DNA of 64,000 nucleotides from Minisyncoccia bacterium (GTDB lineage Bacteria; Patescibacteriota; Minisyncoccia; Phycocordibacterales; DATGWK01): NCBI GenBank assembly GCA_038259265.1, contig JBBSOY010000001.1, positions 562 to 64,561 of the forward strand, read 5' to 3'. Shown piece by piece: positions 58,328 to 64,000 of this stretch (position 1 is its first letter; each line of letters starts with the position of its first letter). The notes under the pieces were generated by a model. It saw only the letters and a program-made list of their open reading frames with translations, ran no database searches and was not told where the DNA came from. The position numbers and the translations under genes were made by a program.

Positions 58328-59455
58328 ATGAGTAATAAGAACACCAAAAACATGTCAGTTCAAGACCTTGCGGCCAAAAGGAACGGGCTAACTATCGAGA
58401 CCGGAAAGCTTTTGAGTCTTTCGTGGGCAGACTTAAATACTTTTTTATTGGGTCTTTACGAAAAGCGTGTAAGGAAAATAAAACATTCTGACCTTTTAGC
58501 AAACTACACGAGCAACACCTTTTTAAGGGTTTCTGACGCCGATCCAAGAAAAATTAATAGGATGGAAAATCTACTATTTGATACCCTTCCGCCCGATTAT
58601 AAAATTGTAGATATTGCGCCTGTCTCTCCAATTGGAGTTAACACGGTTCTTGCAAAAATTAGTTCCAAAACATCATTATCCACCATAAGGAATATCGAGG
58701 TTTTAAGTGATCCAACTACTCAATTGGCACTTGAAGCAGCGAGAATTAGGGTTTTACACAAAGATATCGACAATGTGAATCTTGCAAGCGCTTGTCGTCT
58801 TTTACGAACTCAAAAATTTGATCCCGCTTCTGGAATGACCAACCACTTCAAAGCTTTTGCCTTGGTTACATCGGGAAAAAATACAGGTGACAGAATATTT
58901 GAATACACTTCCATGTTCAGTCAAATAAAAATTTGGTTAGATTTTTTTAAAAAATCAGAAAATTTAGGATATAAACCAAAAAATATATCCGTTGCAATAT
59001 CTAATATTTCAATAATTAATGAATTATGTAAAGCAAAAATAATAGATAAGAAAAATGTCGTTGAGTCTATACGGTACAATAAAATTAGTATTTTTGAAAA
59101 AAATTCAGTCAGACTGGCAAGAGAGAGTGACGATATTACGGAACTCTCAGATATTCCTTATGAGTTTCTGCAAAATCCAATCGAAACTCTCAAGAGAGCC
59201 GAACTTGATTTTGTGAAAAACCTGCGAGAAATATATCCTGATGTTAAGTTCTATTACAGACTAGACAGAATTGCAGGCAGCACTTTTTACTCTGGCTTAT
59301 GTTTCAAAATCTACGCCGTTGCACCAGACGATAACAAACACGCACTCGTCGATGGAGGAGTTTCTGACTGGAACAAAAAAATTCTTCAAAATAACAAAGA
59401 GATGGTTTTTACCAGTGGATTCGGTAGTGAGTTGTACAGTAAGTTTTTTGACTAA
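58328..59455 (+). CDS. hypothetical protein (375 aa); weak, unconfirmed resemblance to a class II aaRS/ligase-like core
   Basis: Clean ORF in the AT-rich block. TIRNIEVLSDP and TSGFGSELYSKF vaguely recall class II motifs 2 and 3, but with non-canonical residues. Function unknown. Confidence 0.5.
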   Translation: MSNKNTKNMSVQDLAAKRNGLTIETGKLLSLSWADLNTFLLGLYEKRVRKIKHSDLLANYTSNTFLRVSDADPRKINRMENLLFDTLPPDYKIVDIAPVSPIGVNTVLAKISSKTSLSTIRNIEVLSDPTTQLALEAARIRVLHKDIDNVNLASACRLLRTQKFDPASGMTNHFKAFALVTSGKNTGDRIFEYTSMFSQIKIWLDFFKKSENLGYKPKNISVAISNISIINELCKAKIIDKKNVVESIRYNKISIFEKNSVRLARESDDITELSDIPYEFLQNPIETLKRAELDFVKNLREIYPDVKFYYRLDRIAGSTFYSGLCFKIYAVAPDDNKHALVDGGVSDWNKKILQNNKEMVFTSGFGSELYSKFFD

Positions 59456-60456
59456 ACCACCCCTGATTCTGTGATTTCCACTGAAGGTTTGTCAGTATTA
59501 ACCAACACGTTAACACCTAAGGGTATTGTAATAATGGGTACAGTGTGACCAATGTCTAAATCAATAATAGTTGGTATATTATATTTTTCACTAATTTCTT
59601 TAAGCACAGAGTAAATAAAATCCTTCTGAACATCCCCGACGGACAATCTTCCAAAAATTAATGCCTTTATTGAGCTAAATACACCCACTTGTTCGAGATA
59701 CCTAAGATTCCTTTCAATAATCGCGATATTAGTGTCTCCATCCTCTAAAAAAAGAACCTTTCCATTTAAATTGGGCATATACTTTGTACCGATCAAAATA
59801 CAAAGTGTGTTCAAGTTTCCGCCCCACGCATCTCCATCCACAACACCGGCCTTATTTAAAGCAGAATATGTAGCCGCGGGTTTATAGTTTGGAGCTCTAT
59901 TGTCATCTCGGTCCCAGAATAAACTTTCATCAGAATATTTTTCTGGGGTAGTAATCATTCCGATTGGCTCAGTCTTAAAAACAGCTTTCAAAAAATACTC
60001 TTTTGTAAATTCGTTAGCGCCACCAAAAGACCCAAATGACGGCAATGCTGTTGGACCACTAAACGTTACCAAACCAGTCATGTGAGATATTGAGTTTGTA
60101 AGTGCTGCAATATCACTGAAACCGCAAAAAACCTTCGGATTTTGCTCAACAAGGGAATAGTCTAAAAGGTTCAGTAACACATTAGAATTATAGCCTCCCG
60201 TACTACAGATAATTCCTTTAATGGAGTTGTCCATGAAAAAATTATGTATGTCTGCCGCCCTCTCTTCGGGAGTGCCTGCATTGTACTCTTGGGCATTAAG
60301 GGCATTCCCCCCCATAACAATCTCTAAACCTAAATCTTCTGTCATATAGTTTACCGCACGAGAAAGCCGTCTTGGAAAAGAATTTATCCTTGATGAAGGA
60401 CTCACAACACCCACTCGATCCCCTCTTTTTAAATGTTGCGGCTTAATTTGCTTCAT
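59452..60456 (-). CDS. S66-family LD-carboxypeptidase (LdcA / microcin C7 self-immunity MccF-like serine peptidase)
   Basis: 334 aa. GFSDIAAL nucleophile-Ser motif, RVGVVSPSS N-terminus, C-terminal His/Glu region typical of S66. Confidence 0.75.
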   Translation of the reverse strand: MKQIKPQHLKRGDRVGVVSPSSRINSFPRRLSRAVNYMTEDLGLEIVMGGNALNAQEYNAGTPEERAADIHNFFMDNSIKGIICSTGGYNSNVLLNLLDYSLVEQNPKVFCGFSDIAALTNSISHMTGLVTFSGPTALPSFGSFGGANEFTKEYFLKAVFKTEPIGMITTPEKYSDESLFWDRDDNRAPNYKPAATYSALNKAGVVDGDAWGGNLNTLCILIGTKYMPNLNGKVLFLEDGDTNIAIIERNLRYLEQVGVFSSIKALIFGRLSVGDVQKDFIYSVLKEISEKYNIPTIIDLDIGHTVPIITIPLGVNVLVNTDKPSVEITESGVV

Positions 60457-61282
60457 GAGTTAAAAATAGCTCTACTTCATCCTTGAGTAATTTTTTTTGA
60501 TAAAGAAAAATAGAGAAACCAGCATACTTTAGATTCTCATTGAATAATTTCATAAAAAAAGAGAATCGTTCCTTCAAAGCCGACTTATGCTCATTTAGAG
60601 GTTCGGATTTAATATTGCTTTCAATAACTTCGCTGACATAAGCTTCAATAGAAGCTTGCCTATCTTCATAAGAAAAATCTCTTTCAAAATATAAGTCCAA
60701 ACTAAATCCTGGGTTTTGCAACGAACCAAACAAATCTTTCCAATACTGCTTATCCCACTCTTTAATTTTAGTTCCAATCGCAGAAGACACGTCTTCAATT
60801 ATTTGTGTTGGAACTTTCTTTCTGTAGTAAATCGGGACCACAACCAACGTCCCGCCTGGCTTTAACACTCTCAGGTATTCAGCGATTGCGCCTCCTTTAT
60901 CCTGAATAAACGAAGTAACATTACTTGCCCAAACCATGTCAAATTCGTTATTTTTAAATGGAAGAAATGTAGCTGAACCCTTTAAAAATGTTACCCTTTC
61001 CCCTACTCCGTTCTGATCTGCATATTCTGCGGCCTTTTGTACTGATTCGTCATTAATATCAATACCCACCACCTTACATCCTGTTAATAAAGAGATATTT
61101 ACTGATGTAAAACCTGTATTTGATCCGATCTCTAACACTCTTTTCTTATCATTAATGAATGAGTTAACTGCTACTGTGTGAACTGTCCTAATACCACCAG
61201 ATGGTCGGTTACGCTCATTAATAAGACCGACAAAGCGTGAATAATCTAAATTAGTTATTTCACTGTGTGTATATTTTTTCAT
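60443..61282 (-). CDS. class I SAM-dependent methyltransferase
   Basis: Start at ATG 61282 (MKKYTHSE) forms an ATGA overlap with the upstream gene stop. VLEIGSNTGF motif I, LKPGGTLVV. Confidence 0.65.
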   Translation of the reverse strand: MKKYTHSEITNLDYSRFVGLINERNRPSGGIRTVHTVAVNSFINDKKRVLEIGSNTGFTSVNISLLTGCKVVGIDINDESVQKAAEYADQNGVGERVTFLKGSATFLPFKNNEFDMVWASNVTSFIQDKGGAIAEYLRVLKPGGTLVVVPIYYRKKVPTQIIEDVSSAIGTKIKEWDKQYWKDLFGSLQNPGFSLDLYFERDFSYEDRQASIEAYVSEVIESNIKSEPLNEHKSALKERFSFFMKLFNENLKYAGFSIFLYQKKLLKDEVELFLTHEAN

Positions 61283-62250
61283 GGTTTTGGTATCCAATGA
61301 CCTCTGGGAATATGAGAGGCATCTACAATTGCCGGTAATTTTAATAACCAATGCGTGAATCGTTGCCAACCCACACCAAATCCAGCAGAAGGAAGGTACG
61401 TATCGACTTCCCTAGATTCTAGATATGGAGCATAGTCCTCTTTGGGTAAATTAAACAAAGTTGATTTTTTTAATAACGCATCCTTGTCCACAATTCTTTT
61501 TCCAGCTCCTATCACTTCACGATATCCATATAAAATTATATCAGCATTTTCTGCAATTCCCTTTTTACTACTTTCACCATGATAAAAAGGAACCTCTAAG
61601 ACTGGACATTCTGTTATTACAACATGTTTACCGAGCAGCTCAGTTAATTTTATTTCTTCCCACGAACCAAAGTACTTTAACGTTTGATTTTTATAGAGTG
61701 GATTTTGAGTGTGTTTATATAAGAGTTCCAATGCATCCTTGAATGTTATGAATTCAAAATTTTCATCGTCAAATGTTTGCGATAAGGAATCGATTTCTTT
61801 CCCATTAAGAAAATGTCGCAGGTTGTCTTCATTGCGCTGAAGAAGATATTTGATTATGTGCCGAAGTAAATCAATCGAGATATCAATATTTTCCATAAAT
61901 CCAATGTGTCCTTCAAATTCAACATGCTGAAATTCGGATAGATGAGAAAAATCTGCTTTTTCTTTTCTAAATGAATTATAGATCGAGAATACCTTGTCCA
62001 CCCCCTGCACCAACAGTCTTAATTCTAGATAGAATTGAGAACTCTCCGAGAGAAAAACTCTTTTTTTATTATCAAACCATGCGATATCTACAGGAAGAGT
62101 ATCCGATGTGTAATCGAGAACCTTGCCGGCATAAACTTCACCCGGAGACGAAATCATTAATGTGGTAAGTGGTAAATTGCACCATTCTGCGTTTATAGAT
62201 TTAAAGTATTCGATTGTTGCAAAAAATATTGCGTTATCAATTTTATGCAA
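61279..62250 (-). CDS. class II aminoacyl-tRNA-synthetase-like ligase core without anticodon-binding domain (AsnRS-like asparagine synthetase A / AS-AR type)
   Basis: 323 aa. Motif 2 FRKEKADFSHLSEFQHVEFE (compare AsnRS FRAE..S..RHL.EF.MLE.E) and motif 3 GFGVGWQRFTHWLL (compare GGGIGIDRL). The track start is a TTG, so the true start is uncertain. Confidence 0.55.
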   Translation of the reverse strand: MHKIDNAIFFATIEYFKSINAEWCNLPLTTLMISSPGEVYAGKVLDYTSDTLPVDIAWFDNKKRVFLSESSQFYLELRLLVQGVDKVFSIYNSFRKEKADFSHLSEFQHVEFEGHIGFMENIDISIDLLRHIIKYLLQRNEDNLRHFLNGKEIDSLSQTFDDENFEFITFKDALELLYKHTQNPLYKNQTLKYFGSWEEIKLTELLGKHVVITECPVLEVPFYHGESSKKGIAENADIILYGYREVIGAGKRIVDKDALLKKSTLFNLPKEDYAPYLESREVDTYLPSAGFGVGWQRFTHWLLKLPAIVDASHIPRGHWIPKP

Positions 62251-62410
62251 ATGGAAATACTTTTTTTCTTTTGCTAACTCAAAAACCTTTTACTAAAGTC
62301 TTTACTCGCATATTGAATCACGTTTAAGATCGGTGGATATATATTATTACCGAGATAACTAATTATCTTTTTACCATCCTCGATGCTCGCTTTGTAGGGT
62401 CCGTATAAAC

Positions 62411-63832
62411 TCATTTTCTTATAAAAAGTGGTTCGGGTTTTGAAATAATATCCTTAGTGAATATATCCAGGATCCTTTGCGAAGTCTCGGGCAAGAAGGG
62501 TTTCAGCAATAACCCTATTACAATTAAACCTTCGATATATTCCTTTAATGTTGCGGAAAGTTCTGCAATAGACTCTGTTTCCCATGGTTTATCTTGTGCC
62601 ATTTTTTGATCTAAAACCGTTATTTTTGACCAAATGTAACGCAAGGCTTCGTCTGGTTTATGTGAATCAAAGTATTCTGCAATTTTGGCATCTTTAATAG
62701 ACATTGTTTTCTCAATTTCTGCAGGATTATGAGGTAACTTCTCTGACAGTTTTGCGATTCGAGATACAAGATTCCCGATACCGTTCGCCAAATCGTTGTT
62801 ATATTTATCCCTAAATCTTGAAAGTGAAATATCTCCGTCCTTACCAAATTGGAATGATGTTATCAGTAAATATCTTACTGCATCAGTGCCGTACTCTTTA
62901 ATCAAATCCATTGGGTCAATCACATTACCAAGAGATTTTGACATCTTTTGCCCATCTATTGTAAAAAAACCATGCGCAAAAACCGCCTTTGGTAACTCAA
63001 GGTCATTAGCAATCAGCAATCCTTCCCAAACAAGAGCATGGAACCAGAGAATGTCCTTGGCCATAAGATGAAGCGTGGGTGGCCAAAAGTCTTTCCTGTC
63101 TTGGTACATTTGCGTTGCTGAATAATAGTTGATCAACGCATCAACCCACACATACACAGTATGTTTCCTATCCCAAGGAACTGGTATCCCCCATTCAATT
63201 CCAACGCGAGAGATTGAGACATCTTCTATTCCTTGCCTTATTTTTCCGATAATCTCATTTCTTCTTTCCTCTGGAAAAACAGAGTAAGTATTTTTTTCTA
63301 ATTCAGCAAAAACTTTCGCGGATAATTCCTTAAGTTTCAAAAAATAGTTTTCCTCTTCTTGCTCAACAGGCTTAAGATTAGGGTGGAGAATACATACACC
63401 ATTTACGATTTCCTCGAAAGAAAGAAATTTTTCACATCCGATACAATATGTGCCCTTATATAACGCTTTGTAAATTAAGCCTTTATCAAAAATTTTCTGA
63501 AGAAAGTCTTGGACAATTTTCTTGTGTCGAGGGTCAGTTGTGCGGAAAAATTCATCGTAGCTGATGTTAAGATTCTGCCACACATCCTTATATTGAGATG
63601 AAATCTTGTCGGTAAACTCTTGCGGGTAGATGTTGCTCTTTGCAGCAGATTGAGCAACCTTTGTTCCATGCTCGTCTGTTCCTGTCAAAAAAAACACTGA
63701 CTCCTTCCCCAACATATCACGATAAAATCGAGCGTATACATCTGCTATAAGCGTAGTATACGCATGACCGATATGTGGCTTATCGTTTACGTAGTATATA
63801 GGAGTTGTTATGTAAAACTTTTTATTTGCCAT
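62411..63832 (-). CDS. metG: methionyl-tRNA synthetase (minimal form, no C-terminal tRNA-binding domain)
   Basis: 473 aa. HIGH motif (KPHIGHAYTT) and KMSKS (KMSKSLGN). AT-rich codon usage unlike most core genes in the window. Confidence 0.9.
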   Translation of the reverse strand: MANKKFYITTPIYYVNDKPHIGHAYTTLIADVYARFYRDMLGKESVFFLTGTDEHGTKVAQSAAKSNIYPQEFTDKISSQYKDVWQNLNISYDEFFRTTDPRHKKIVQDFLQKIFDKGLIYKALYKGTYCIGCEKFLSFEEIVNGVCILHPNLKPVEQEEENYFLKLKELSAKVFAELEKNTYSVFPEERRNEIIGKIRQGIEDVSISRVGIEWGIPVPWDRKHTVYVWVDALINYYSATQMYQDRKDFWPPTLHLMAKDILWFHALVWEGLLIANDLELPKAVFAHGFFTIDGQKMSKSLGNVIDPMDLIKEYGTDAVRYLLITSFQFGKDGDISLSRFRDKYNNDLANGIGNLVSRIAKLSEKLPHNPAEIEKTMSIKDAKIAEYFDSHKPDEALRYIWSKITVLDQKMAQDKPWETESIAELSATLKEYIEGLIVIGLLLKPFLPETSQRILDIFTKDIISKPEPLFIRK

Positions 63833-64000
63833 ATTTGCAAGCGTGTGTCAGTCTACAATACTTTCTCCAATCACTCAATTTTGTAGACTATTGTTTTCTC
63901 TATCTCCTCTGATAATTTTCGTAATACGTCGTAGTCGTTACCCACCACAGAATAGTCGTATAGAATTGTTGGACTTGAAGAACTTACTGAGATATTTTGA

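Noticed and set aside
63833-64000. Possible partial gene at the window end
   Set aside because: No ORF with start or stop is resolvable in 168 nt. Left unannotated.

Overview
This 64-kb window is a gene-dense bacterial chromosome segment read with the standard code (TGA is used as a stop, e.g. at 61279). It is about 50% GC with sharply AT-rich (about 36-38% GC) and GC-rich (about 60% GC) blocks. Most genes are on the minus strand.

Core content: translation genes (rpsB partial, prfA, rpmE, rplY, secG, tRNA-Ser(GGA), metG, RNase J, groES/groEL); a sugar-phosphate cluster (FAD-linked oxidase, class II fba, PfkB-family kinase, split transketolase, rpe, rpiB, gap); class Ia ribonucleotide reductase nrdA-nrdB; and many envelope or secreted proteins. 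The envelope set includes a lytic-transglycosylase-like protein, a metzincin protease with an IPT/TIG domain, htpX-lemA followed by a giant peptidoglycan-binding protein, two tandem M14 carboxypeptidases, MliC-like, Gmad2, a type IV pilin, DedA, MscS, UppP with a two-component system, MFS and ZIP transporters.

Several core proteins carry low-complexity extensions (L31, NrdA, RNase J, possibly GroES). Several genes look leaderless, with a -10 box 6-8 nt upstream of the ATG.

The most unusual region is the AT-rich terminal block (about 56.2-64.0 kb). It holds a translationally coupled minus-strand operon: metG, then an AsnRS-like class II ligase core (AsnA-like), a SAM methyltransferase and an S66 LD-carboxypeptidase (MccF/LdcA-like). 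Next to it are a HIT hydrolase, a NUDIX hydrolase, a disrupted S51 peptidase, a 375-aa protein of unknown function and an A9G8 homopolymer tract. I flag this as a candidate aminoacyl-adenylate-related or immunity system; the alternative is plain asparagine synthesis plus murein recycling.

Other notable items: a GC-rich HAF-repeat protein with a PEP-CTERM-like anchor, an 11-bp x5 tandem repeat between rpe and tkt, a 23-aa hydrophobic small ORF with a ribosome-binding site and terminators, and a structured nrdA-nrdB spacer. No CRISPR array, rRNA or clear mobile element gene was found.
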